Virus record (IMG/VR): IMGVR_UViG_3300025276_000029
Location: 7,553 to 71,552 of that record
Source of the DNA: a virus
Direction: 5' to 3' (one strand)
DNA: 64,000 nucleotides
The position numbers were made by a program, and so were the translations under genes. Numbering within the stretch: position 1 is the first letter of the stretch; every line of letters starts with the position of its first letter. The notes below the pieces were generated by a model that had not been told where the DNA came from, searched no databases, and worked only from the letters and a program-made list of their open reading frames with translations. Shown here piece after piece: positions 1 to 8,098 of this stretch.

Positions 1-20
1 ATTGTCAACCTTTAATAATA

Positions 21-53
21 AAAAAAACCCTCTAAAATTAATTAGAAGGTTTA
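21..53 (-). terminator. Intrinsic terminator downstream of tmRNA
   Basis: Minus strand AAACCTTCTAA-ttaaat-TTTAGAGGGTTT followed by a T-run. Confidence 0.65.
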
Positions 54-96
54 ATTTGTTTTTGATGTTTTTTGTTAGTACAAAAAACGTCTTACG

Positions 97-459
97 TGGA
101 GTATTGGGGATTGAACCCCAGTCTCACTTACTTCTAATAAGTTTTCTACATGCTTAGTCAGTCTTTTCTAGACTAACAAAAATAGATAGTTTCATTATTA
201 ACCGCTGATACTAACAACTAACGGGTGTCTTTGGTAGGTCTCAAAGTCTTAAACCATGTTTGTCCCTGAAGGACGTGCATCTTCGGTTAGGCGAATGCTA
301 CCTCTCCTGAGAACTCTTCTACTTGAGAAGTTTCTAGGAAGTTTTTGTCAATGTCAAACTCGTTGTCATCTAAAAAATTGCAATAGGTTATTAAAGTGTT
401 TCCATTTAACACTGCATGCTTACTAATCACAACTTAAGTAATCAATAACAATATACCCC
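97..459 (-). ncRNA. ssrA: tmRNA (transfer-messenger RNA)
   Basis: 5' GGGGUAU pairs with 3' AUACUCC-A and includes the G3.U alanine determinant. T-arm UGGGG-UUCAAU-CCCCA. Helix-2 motifs GCAUGC / UAAGCAUGUAG. Internal tag ORF 367..287 follows UAGAU and reads (A)DNEFDIDKNFLETSQVEEFSGEVAFA*. Promoter upstream, terminator downstream. CCA end not fully encoded. Confidence 0.93.
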
Positions 460-487
460 ATAAATTAAAGAACGTATCTTATAAACA

Positions 488-518
488 CAAATATACTAAA
501 ACTTTACTAACTTGTCAA
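488..518 (-). promoter_or_regulatory. Bacteroidota sigmaA-type promoter for ssrA
   Basis: TTGACA-N17-TATATTTG, matching the -33 TTG / -7 TAnnTTTG consensus. Confidence 0.8.
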
Positions 519-528
519 GTTTTTTAAT

Positions 529-556
529 AAAAAAAATGGGGACCGTTAAGTCCCCA
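529..556 (-). terminator. Intrinsic terminator
   Basis: TGGGGAC-ttaacg-GTCCCCA followed by a T-run on the minus strand. Confidence 0.85.
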
Positions 557-604
557 CTAATAATTCGTTGCCCCGTTTATTATTAATTAGCTAATAATTC
601 CTTA

Positions 605-1021
605 TTAACTTTTTCTTGTTAAATTAGCTGAATCTAACTGATTTACAAATTCTTTTTCCGTAAGCTTAATAAGGTCGTGGAGCTTATCAGCCCTCGAATC
701 TAAATTAGACTCAAGTGTACTTAATATTCGAAATATATCTTCGACATTTTGGGTGAGATTACTATTGTTCTCTTCACTCTTTTTGTCAATTACTCGATAT
801 ATTTCATCGATACCTTGGGTGAGATTACTATTGTTTTCCTCATACCTTTTGTCACTTGACCTTTGGTTTTCATCAATTAAATTGATTAAACCTGTTATCT
901 CGTTGTTAAACATTTCGTTCCCAACCTTTTTGTTCAACTTCGTAAACATAACCACAATAGCCGTAACTAATGCAACCACACCTAGAGTTGATAAAACTGA
1001 AATTAAAATAATTGTTTCCAT
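605..1021 (-). CDS. Membrane-anchored coiled-coil protein with an internal 22-aa repeat
   Basis: N-terminal hydrophobic helix; EENNSNLTQ occurs twice (21-nt identical repeat at 749 and 815). Confidence 0.75.
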   Translation of the reverse strand: METIILISVLSTLGVVALVTAIVVMFTKLNKKVGNEMFNNEITGLINLIDENQRSSDKRYEENNSNLTQGIDEIYRVIDKKSEENNSNLTQNVEDIFRILSTLESNLDSRADKLHDLIKLTEKEFVNQLDSANLTRKS

Positions 1022-1063
1022 ATCTATTTATGTATTTAAATTGTTATATGGGGCAACCAATTA

Positions 1064-1381
1064 TTATTTTTTTAATAATTTATTATATTCTTCTGTACTT
1101 AATCTATTGTTTGAGTTAAATATAGTATAGTATTTTTTTCCGTTGTTCCTATTGTAATACATGATTAAATCATCACAATTTCCAACCTCCTCACAATAGT
1201 CAATACTATGTGTTGAATCACTAAAGAATTTTATTGAAACACCATCATTAAACCACCTTAACTTTGTATAATCAGTAAGTTTACCATATGCATATTCGAT
1301 ATTAAATGATTTAAATATATCATCTAGTATTGTAGAATAAGTTGACAGTAGGTCCTTTATGTTTTGTGAATCTTTATTCAT
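1064..1381 (-). CDS. Hypothetical protein
   Basis: 105-aa ORF packed directly behind clpP. Confidence 0.65.
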   Translation of the reverse strand: MNKDSQNIKDLLSTYSTILDDIFKSFNIEYAYGKLTDYTKLRWFNDGVSIKFFSDSTHSIDYCEEVGNCDDLIMYYNRNNGKKYYTIFNSNNRLSTEEYNKLLKK

Positions 1382-1383
1382 TA

Positions 1384-2121
1384 TTATTTCTTAGTGATAA
1401 TATCATCTATTATACCATATTCTAAAGCTTCCTTAGCGTTAAGCCAATTATCTCTTTCGCAATCTTCAAGAACTGTTTTGATATCCTTATCAGTATAATC
1501 TGCAAGCATACCAAATAAGGTTTGATTATACTTCTCAGCTTCTGCAATACTAATCTTCATGTCTTTAACGTGACCTTGAGCACCACCACTAACTTGGTGA
1601 AGCATAACCCTAGAGTTTGGTAGCGCAAATCTTTTACCTTTAGTTCCGTTACCTAATAAAATAGAACCCATTGACGCTGCCATACCAGTATTAACTGTTA
1701 CAATATCAGACTCAATATAGTTCATTACATCTACCATGCTTAGACCGCTTTTAACGCTCCCTCCTGGACTATCTACGTGCATCCTAATGTCAGACACCTC
1801 TAGGTTGTCTAAGAACATTAATTGAGCACATACAACAGTTGACATTTGGTCGTTAACTGGTCCAGCAACCCAAAGTATTCTATCCATCATTTGTCTTGAG
1901 AAGATATCCATTTGGGTTACTCTTAATTCTCTTTCTTCAAGAATATATGGTGTCATTGACCCATTAGGCGAGGTACTACCTACCACATTAACGTTATCGT
2001 ATAATGACGTTTGTAATTTATCCCAATAGTGAAATTGCATTCCACTAATCCCCATATGGTTCATTGCATAGTTCTTAAACTCACCATAGTAGTCTGTATT
2101 TGTATTTATGTAGTTTTCCAT
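1384..2121 (-). CDS. clpP: ATP-dependent Clp protease proteolytic subunit
   Basis: MTPYILEER...DIFSR..DRI and DSPGGSV motifs; catalytic Ser in AASMGS, His in MLHQ, Asp in RDNW; EALEYGIID. Confidence 0.96.
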   Translation of the reverse strand: MENYINTNTDYYGEFKNYAMNHMGISGMQFHYWDKLQTSLYDNVNVVGSTSPNGSMTPYILEERELRVTQMDIFSRQMMDRILWVAGPVNDQMSTVVCAQLMFLDNLEVSDIRMHVDSPGGSVKSGLSMVDVMNYIESDIVTVNTGMAASMGSILLGNGTKGKRFALPNSRVMLHQVSGGAQGHVKDMKISIAEAEKYNQTLFGMLADYTDKDIKTVLEDCERDNWLNAKEALEYGIIDDIITKK

Positions 2122-2133
2122 ATACTATTGTTT

Positions 2134-2358
2134 TTATCTAGCAGAAAATAATTCTGATTTGTATTTTGTTAAGGCTTCTAATTTGTCGTCTGCATCAACT
2201 AATTTTCCTAATGCTTCTTCAACATTGTCATAAAAATCTTTAGTAGAGTGGTCTCCAATACCAGCTGGGTATTCGCCCATAAGTTTTAAAGTTGTTATAG
2301 CTTCTTCTCTTTCAGATAAAGCTTTACTCTTTAGTAGTTTATATAATTGTTCTTTCAT
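2134..2358 (-). CDS. Small phage protein with GIGDH motif
   Basis: Likely start MKEQL at 2358; PAGIGDHS motif typical of a common small phage family. Confidence 0.7.
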   Translation of the reverse strand: MKEQLYKLLKSKALSEREEAITTLKLMGEYPAGIGDHSTKDFYDNVEEALGKLVDADDKLEALTKYKSELFSAR

Positions 2359-2359
2359 G

Positions 2360-2617
2360 TTATTCTTCGTTTGTATACACATAAACTGGTGTGTATTCAC
2401 CCATCCATGCCCCTTTTATATTAAAATCAAAAAACTCAATAGCTTCTTCATATGTCATTCCGTCACGATTCATGAGTATTTCATATATCTTTTCGACACT
2501 ATAAGCAGCAACGGGACCGAGATTTATTCTCTCGGCAACCCCTATCAATGCTTCATCTAACCCATCCGCAATTAATGCTTCTTCGTTGTATTCTGATACT
2601 TCTTCTGGCGTCATCAT
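2360..2617 (-). CDS. Conserved phage hypothetical protein
   Basis: ADGLDEALIG...GMTYEEAIEFFDFNIKGAWMGEYTP pattern. Confidence 0.75.
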   Translation of the reverse strand: MMTPEEVSEYNEEALIADGLDEALIGVAERINLGPVAAYSVEKIYEILMNRDGMTYEEAIEFFDFNIKGAWMGEYTPVYVYTNEE

Positions 2618-3045
2618 ACTTCAGCTGTTTCTTTTTCTACTTCATAAAGACTCTTAATACTCTCTTGTACCACTTCGTACATTTCTGGAGTAAACTTTTT
2701 AAGTATACCTGAGAAGGCTCCGCGATTAGTTATACCAACATCACCTTTCTTAACAGTTAATTTATCTTTTTCAACGTCAAATACAATGGCTGTAATTGCT
2801 TCTTCAGCAACTAGTACTTGGTGAACTTCTTCTAGTTGTTCAAATATTAATTCATTCACCACAATAAAGACTTCTTTATTAGTTTCACTCTTCATTAACT
2901 CACCACTCTTTTGGATAGTGTAGATTTCCTTTTGTTTATTGTTACCTCTGATTGCGATAGACACCACTCTGTCTAATTCTTTGTTTGCGATAACACCGTT
3001 AAAAATACTTAATGTGTCCTCATGTGGTTCGTAAAACTTTGTCAT
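2614..3045 (-). CDS. Hypothetical protein, weakly like phage metallopeptidase-like domains but without HExxH
   Basis: 143-aa ORF with its own promoter (3083-3113). Confidence 0.6.
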   Translation of the reverse strand: MTKFYEPHEDTLSIFNGVIANKELDRVVSIAIRGNNKQKEIYTIQKSGELMKSETNKEVFIVVNELIFEQLEEVHQVLVAEEAITAIVFDVEKDKLTVKKGDVGITNRGAFSGILKKFTPEMYEVVQESIKSLYEVEKETAEV

Positions 3046-3082
3046 AATTTAAAATTTAATTGTTATTTATTTGTTTCTGATA

Positions 3083-3113
3083 CAAAGATACTATTAATCA
3101 ACCTTAGTTTCAA
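3083..3113 (-). promoter_or_regulatory. SigmaA-type promoter
   Basis: TTGAAA-N17-TATCTTTG. Confidence 0.7.
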
Positions 3114-4146
3114 CCCCTTCGTGTATTTTTTTTAATTTTTTAATTAGTTCTAGCTCTTCACCTTCAATGTTTGTTGGCATTTCTATGTCTAAAATAATTA
3201 TCATTGCGCCACGAAAATTATTTCTAATATTGTTTAAGCCCTTGTTAATTATCCTTAAGTTGTCACCAATTTTACTATATTCTGGTATTGTAACTCTAAT
3301 CTTACCTCCCTCAATTGTTGGTACTTCTACTTTATCACCCATAACTAGTTGTGGGTAACTTAACTTTAACTGATATTTTAAATCATTACCACTTATTACA
3401 AAATCTTCATGAGAAGCAATGTTAATCTTAATAAGCAATGAGCCTGGTGTACCACCTTTGATAGCGTTACCCATCCCAGAATATTGAAGTGTTTCTTGTT
3501 CGGTAATACCTTTAGGTATGTTTACTGTAATAAGTTCTTCTTTATTACCTACACCCACACCTTTACAGCTATTGCATACTTTTTTAACTACATTACCTTC
3601 TCCTTGACAAGTTGGGCATGTACGTTGTGTTTGGAAGTTACCCATAGGTGTCATCTGCTGTGTTATAACAAAACCTCTACCGTCGCACGTTCCACAAACT
3701 TGTTTGTCGGTTCCACCAGCTCCGTTACAACTAACGCAAGCGGCTTTTCTTTTGTATTTAAATTGCTTTGTTGCACCATTAAATACTTCTTCAAGCGTAA
3801 TCTTCATATTAAATATTATGTCTTGTCCACGCTTTTCTCTCTGTCCACCAAATGGGTTTCCACCAAACGGGTTTCCACCCATTCCCCCACCAAAGTGATT
3901 CATCATATCTTCCATATTTACACCACCTTGCATTGGCCTTTGTTTGGTGTGTCCATATTTGTCATAATTATCTTTTTTTACTTTATCTGATAATGTTTCA
4001 TTAGCTTCTGATATTTCTTTAAATAAATTTTCGTCACCACCTTTATCTGGGTGGTGTTCCATAGCTAATTTTCTGTAAGCTTTTTTTATTTCTTTATCTG
4101 TTGCACCTTTTTTTAGTCCAAGTATTTCGTAATAATCCCTTGCCAT
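3094..4146 (-). CDS. dnaJ: Class A J-domain chaperone DnaJ
   Basis: DYYEILG..HPD J-domain, G/F-rich linker, four CxxCxGxG zinc-finger repeats, C-terminal domain. Confidence 0.96.
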   Translation of the reverse strand: MARDYYEILGLKKGATDKEIKKAYRKLAMEHHPDKGGDENLFKEISEANETLSDKVKKDNYDKYGHTKQRPMQGGVNMEDMMNHFGGGMGGNPFGGNPFGGQREKRGQDIIFNMKITLEEVFNGATKQFKYKRKAACVSCNGAGGTDKQVCGTCDGRGFVITQQMTPMGNFQTQRTCPTCQGEGNVVKKVCNSCKGVGVGNKEELITVNIPKGITEQETLQYSGMGNAIKGGTPGSLLIKINIASHEDFVISGNDLKYQLKLSYPQLVMGDKVEVPTIEGGKIRVTIPEYSKIGDNLRIINKGLNNIRNNFRGAMIIILDIEMPTNIEGEELELIKKLKKIHEGVETKVD

Positions 4147-4162
4147 AATATTTACATTTATT

Positions 4163-4180
4163 TAAATATACGTATATTTA
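4163..4180. promoter_or_regulatory. Perfect 18-bp palindrome between divergent genes
   Basis: TAAATATACGTATATTTA is its own reverse complement. Confidence 0.6.
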
Positions 4181-4186
4181 TTGAAT

Positions 4187-4843
4187 ATGTACAGGGTGAT
4201 TCTATTAAAAAACGGTAAGTATAGTATGACGATGCATCGTTGTAAAACAAGAGAGACTTCTTTTATTAATTACAGAAAAATTATTGACACCAACAAGGGT
4301 GTCATATTCCCTAGGAAATATGTTAACTATAAAGGTATAGTTAAAATAACCTACAAGATTGCTATAATTAAAGACACTGAAGATGATGACGAATTTAGGG
4401 TGCTTAGAGATAAAATGGGTAGGACTTATACCGAAAAAGCACTTGGAAGTTGGACTATATTAGATGATAACCCTTACGAATTCGAAGAGACATTTTGGAT
4501 GTTCGGTAGAAACCCAGTTCATGATAGAGTTACCATACATGATATAATAAAACCAATAATGGAAGGTGCTTACAAAAAGAAAATGGTTAAGCAGTTAATT
4601 GTAGTTCATAATAAATTAGTTTTATATAATGAGGACCAATTTGAAATGATTATTTGTAAATGTAAGAAAGATGCTCAAAGACTTCACCATGCGCTATCTA
4701 GTGCATGTAAGAAGAATAAGATTAAAAGTATTATATTTATGGGTACAGCACAACCTGCAACAATTTCATACATGTATGAAATCATAGCTGACCACACTGG
4801 ATGGCCGATGACCAAAATTCGCCGCACAAGCACTAGACCATAA
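4187..4843 (+). CDS. Basic hypothetical protein
   Basis: Long plus-strand ORF in a gap with no minus-strand ORF; ATG at 4187. Confidence 0.8.
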   Translation: MYRVILLKNGKYSMTMHRCKTRETSFINYRKIIDTNKGVIFPRKYVNYKGIVKITYKIAIIKDTEDDDEFRVLRDKMGRTYTEKALGSWTILDDNPYEFEETFWMFGRNPVHDRVTIHDIIKPIMEGAYKKKMVKQLIVVHNKLVLYNEDQFEMIICKCKKDAQRLHHALSSACKKNKIKSIIFMGTAQPATISYMYEIIADHTGWPMTKIRRTSTRP

Positions 4844-4967
4844 TTAGTTACGGATATAATAAAATTAATATCGGTCTTATATATCTAGTGTGTGTTATGC
4901 ATAGGTATTTATTAAAAACATTAATAAATGATAACATATTAAATATAATCTTGTCTCCTTTCATGTG

Positions 4968-5294
4968 TTAATTTCTTACTAATTCACTAATAATTACACT
5001 ATGGAAGTAACTATATATTTTCATGTCATTATCTTCATTAAATTTGTTTCTAAATTTAATTACTTTTAAAGTAACATCAATAAGTAACCCTTCTACTTGT
5101 CTATCTGTAACGTACTGCTTATTACCAAAATGTTTGTCGAATACGACTTTCACCCACTCTAATATTTTATCCATAAATTCTTGAGTGGGTACTTTCTTAG
5201 ATTCAATCCATGTTCTAAGTAATTCATCATTCTTACTTGGTAGTGTAAGATTAATTTCGTTATTCATTTTTTTTGTTTGTTTGACTGTTTCCAT
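4968..5294 (-). CDS. Possible sigma region-2-only (gp55-like) protein
   Basis: KNDELL..W.ESK and LKVIKFRNKFNED...IYSYFHSVI resemble gp55/sigma2 patterns. Confidence 0.4.
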   Translation of the reverse strand: METVKQTKKMNNEINLTLPSKNDELLRTWIESKKVPTQEFMDKILEWVKVVFDKHFGNKQYVTDRQVEGLLIDVTLKVIKFRNKFNEDNDMKIYSYFHSVIISELVRN

Positions 5295-5401
5295 TATACT
5301 ATAATTTTGGAGGTTAAATACAATTATATCTATATATAATTATATCAGTTTTGTCAATAGTTTCACTTATGACATCAAAACTAACAATATAATAAATTTA
5401 T

Positions 5402-5731
5402 TTATTTTTTACTTATTTTTTTAACGTCAATTATATTGTCTGGGTTGTTTTTTCCCTCGTCAGCACCGTGGCCAATGTCGAAGCTATTTTTAATATCTTC
5501 AATGATTTTATTAATCTTACCCATTTCTGTTTTTTCTACTAGAGCTGGGTTAATACATTCAATTCGCTCTTCTCCATCTGTTGGAATAAAGAAGGCCATT
5601 GCGTTAGCATCTTTTTGGACTAGTGCGTTATTTACTTGGTCTGCAAATCCTTGCATAATTTCGCTTTGCATCATTTCTCTATCTAAATAAAAGACAAGAA
5701 ATAATGGACTATTGTTTCCGTTACTTTCCAT
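5402..5731 (-). CDS. Hypothetical protein
   Basis: 109-aa ORF in operon context. Confidence 0.75.
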   Translation of the reverse strand: MESNGNNSPLFLVFYLDREMMQSEIMQGFADQVNNALVQKDANAMAFFIPTDGEERIECINPALVEKTEMGKINKIIEDIKNSFDIGHGADEGKNNPDNIIDVKKISKK

Positions 5732-5732
5732 T

Positions 5733-5966
5733 TTATTGATTTTTATATTCTTCGTATGTCATTTCGACAACATTATTTAATAGGTCTTCTTTGTTGTTTA
5801 CCCAGTCCTCTGGTGTAAAGTATTCACTAAGTAATTCATTTATTAATACTTTTTTTCTATCAGCATCAACAATCTCAGCCTTAAGTGCCTTTTCGTTTGA
5901 GTCAACCAAATATACTATTGATTGAGAGCCGTCTTCTTTAATAACCTTTGATATTATTTTCATCAT
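5733..5966 (-). CDS. Hypothetical protein
   Basis: 77-aa ORF downstream of promoter TTTACA-N17-TAAATTAG (6027..5997). Confidence 0.65.
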   Translation of the reverse strand: MMKIISKVIKEDGSQSIVYLVDSNEKALKAEIVDADRKKVLINELLSEYFTPEDWVNNKEDLLNNVVEMTYEEYKNQ

Positions 5967-6041
5967 TACCTTATTGTTTATATTCCTTATTATATGCTAA
6001 TTTAGCGATTATAATTCAAAGTGTAAACAATAAAAAACAGT

Positions 6042-6230
6042 TTATCTAAACAAGTCGTTAATTTTATCCTGAAATATATTTATCTTGGCTTGATTTTCGT
6101 TTATTTCTTTTTGTATATTGTCTGGTATATTAATCACATTATGAGATTTTAATGTAGAGTTCTTTCTTTCAAGTAGTCCAGCTTGAGTCACGTAGTGTTC
6201 GTATAACTTACCTTTTTCTTCAGTATTCAT
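6042..6230 (-). CDS. Small coiled-coil hypothetical protein
   Basis: 62-aa ORF, tightly packed. Confidence 0.6.
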   Translation of the reverse strand: MNTEEKGKLYEHYVTQAGLLERKNSTLKSHNVINIPDNIQKEINENQAKINIFQDKINDLFR

Positions 6231-6235
6231 AATTA

Positions 6236-6379
6236 TTAATTATTTTTTATGTAATTGTAGTAACTCTTAATCGCTTTACCTAAAGCCTTCTCTGATTCAC
6301 TATTTTCAATTAGTTTAATTATATAAGTTTTATCTAACTTTTCACTGATAGCTTTTACATCTTTTAGTTTAATTTTCAT
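6236..6379 (-). CDS. Small hypothetical protein (47 aa, not in ORF track)
   Basis: MKIKLKDVKAISEKLDKTYIIKLIENSESEKALGKAIKSYYNYIKNN*; fills the gap between its neighbours. Confidence 0.6.
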   Translation of the reverse strand: MKIKLKDVKAISEKLDKTYIIKLIENSESEKALGKAIKSYYNYIKNN

Positions 6380-6402
6380 TTTATTATCTTTATTACTTTT
6401 TA

Positions 6403-6897
6403 TTATATCTTTTTAAACCAAGCCCTAATTTTACTTGTTGTATTTTGAATATTGTGAAACTCTACATTATCTATTACTCCATCATCAACGAAATAAAAAC
6501 CTATGTTTGCACTATAATGACTCCCGCCAAATGTAGTCATATAATATAATGATAAGTCGTAATTAGTTGAACCTACTATAGAACTTAATTGATAATTCCT
6601 TGCAATAGTACCGTTAATAGTATACTTAGTATTTGAAATGAACTCTAAAGTATCATTAGGGTATTCAGTAGCAAATGATGTTACCATCTTAGTTAAAACC
6701 CATTTAGTTCCGTTAATTGCATTGCTATTACCAGTACCATTCTGTAGAGTACCACCGTTTGTGTAATTATCTTGCCACTTAGTGGTGTCTTGAGCTTCTG
6801 GGATATTAACCCATGGCTCATACTCATCTTTCTCACAAGATGTAGATAAGAATAATACTATTAAAGTAACTACCAATGTATATATTAATTTTCTCAT
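6403..6897 (-). CDS. Lipoprotein, possibly a lipocalin-like beta-barrel
   Basis: Signal peptide with lipobox LSTS-C followed by EKDE; NGTKWVL motif. Confidence 0.75.
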   Translation of the reverse strand: MRKLIYTLVVTLIVLFLSTSCEKDEYEPWVNIPEAQDTTKWQDNYTNGGTLQNGTGNSNAINGTKWVLTKMVTSFATEYPNDTLEFISNTKYTINGTIARNYQLSSIVGSTNYDLSLYYMTTFGGSHYSANIGFYFVDDGVIDNVEFHNIQNTTSKIRAWFKKI

Positions 6898-6920
6898 ACT
6901 GTAAATATATATATAAATAA

Positions 6921-7154
6921 TTACTTTTCCAAATCTTTTTTAATAAATCTTACCGTAACACTTCCGATTTCAACTTCAATTAGGTCTCTGTGTTCAAATC
7001 CAGTACCTTCTGGATTGGATTTGTAGAACAAATGTTCATCCATATCTTTATGTCTCTTATCTTCTAGTTCATATACTAGAGTTAATCCATTATTGTTAAT
7101 TTTTTCATTATTAATTATCTCTGAAACTGTGTTTATTAATTCTTCGTACCTCAT
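6921..7154 (-). CDS. Hypothetical protein
   Basis: Likely start MRYEE at 7154. Confidence 0.7.
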   Translation of the reverse strand: MRYEELINTVSEIINNEKINNNGLTLVYELEDKRHKDMDEHLFYKSNPEGTGFEHRDLIEVEIGSVTVRFIKKDLEK

Positions 7155-7155
7155 A

Positions 7156-7452
7156 TTAAAATTTAGTAAATATTTTCTGTAAAAACAATTTAACTTTCTG
7201 ACCAAATGTTTTTTTTATTATTATAACCTTACTTGGGTTTTTTTTAACAATATTACCTAACCCAGACTTAAGTTCGTTTATATATAAACCTTTCTTTAGT
7301 TCTACGTTTTGTCTAATTCCCTTTATGTCGTTTTGAACAGCGTCAATGGTTTCAACTCTTTCTATATTCTCCTCACCATCTAATTCTTTTATAAACTTTT
7401 TAGTTTGTCGATTAGCTTTGTCTAATATATCTTGTACTGTTAAATCTTTCAT
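7156..7452 (-). CDS. Hypothetical protein
   Basis: Likely start MKDLT at 7452, just after promoter TTTACA-N17-TAAATTAG (7488..7458). Confidence 0.7.
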   Translation of the reverse strand: MKDLTVQDILDKANRQTKKFIKELDGEENIERVETIDAVQNDIKGIRQNVELKKGLYINELKSGLGNIVKKNPSKVIIIKKTFGQKVKLFLQKIFTKF

Positions 7453-7556
7453 TATTACTAATTTAGGTAAAATACACCTATTTGTAAACACTATTCCTTT
7501 AATAAATATTTACATACTGATATATATTCACTATATTTAAATAAATTATATATATT

Positions 7557-7898
7557 ATGACAAATATTTTTATTTATTCATTCATTGTATACGGAGTATG
7601 CAATATACTTATTTGGGGTAGTAACTTCAAATGGTGGAGAAGTTTTTTATCTAACTTTGGTGAAGGTGATTACAGTCTACATAAGTTATTCACATGTTTT
7701 ATGTGTTTACCTACTTGGATTGGCGCTGGACTTAGTGCGTTATCAATTTATCTTGGTGATGGGTCTTTAGCTATTACAAACCATTTAGGTTTTGATAATA
7801 TTGCTATTATCCTTTTATTAGATGGTGTGTTTGCTTCAGGTATTGTTTGGTGTATTAACACTGTTCAAGAATACTTTGAAAATAAAACTAACGATTAA
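7557..7898 (+). CDS. DUF1360-like membrane protein
   Basis: Three hydrophobic segments; KLFTCFMCLPTWIG CxxC motif. Confidence 0.7.
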   Translation: MTNIFIYSFIVYGVCNILIWGSNFKWWRSFLSNFGEGDYSLHKLFTCFMCLPTWIGAGLSALSIYLGDGSLAITNHLGFDNIAIILLLDGVFASGIVWCINTVQEYFENKTND

Positions 7899-8010
7899 GG
7901 TGTTTAAACTTTTCTTTTAATATCTTTCTAACTCGGAAAAGATATACTTTAACTTGGGTCTCATTGGGACCCATTTTAGTTCCTATCTCTTCGTAACTAT
8001 TACTTTTCAA
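7888..8010 (-). pseudogene. Isolated ECF sigma region-4 HTH fragment (40 codons)
   Basis: LKSNSYEEIGTKMGPNETQVKVYLFRVRKILKEKFKHLNR*; in-frame TAG immediately upstream. Confidence 0.65.
7955..7977 (+). terminator. Intrinsic terminator for the plus-strand membrane gene
   Basis: TGGGTCTC-att-GGGACCCA followed by TTTT. Confidence 0.6.
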
Positions 8011-8039
8011 CTAAGGTAATAAAAAATAACCAGTAAAAC

Positions 8040-8065
8040 AAAAAAAACTTCAATTAAGAAGTTTT
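8040..8065 (-). terminator. Probable terminator
   Basis: AAAACTTC-aattaa-GAAGTTTT with flanking A-run. Confidence 0.55.
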
Positions 8066-8098
8066 AGTGGTGTAGATATTATATGTTTGGTGATTAAA

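Noticed and set aside
97-125. Apparent tRNA gene (T-arm and acceptor end)
   Set aside because: The pairing 5' strand is about 360 nt away with a tag ORF in between, so it is the tmRNA 3' end
4848-4964. 38-codon minus-strand ORF (MKGDKIIF...) and AT hairpin ATTTATTAA/TTAATAAAT
   Set aside because: No recognisable motif; could be chance in a convergent terminator region
5347-5382. Imperfect inverted repeat AGTTTTG...CAAAACT overlapping a TTGACA
   Set aside because: Weak AT-rich stem; cannot tell terminator, operator or chance apart
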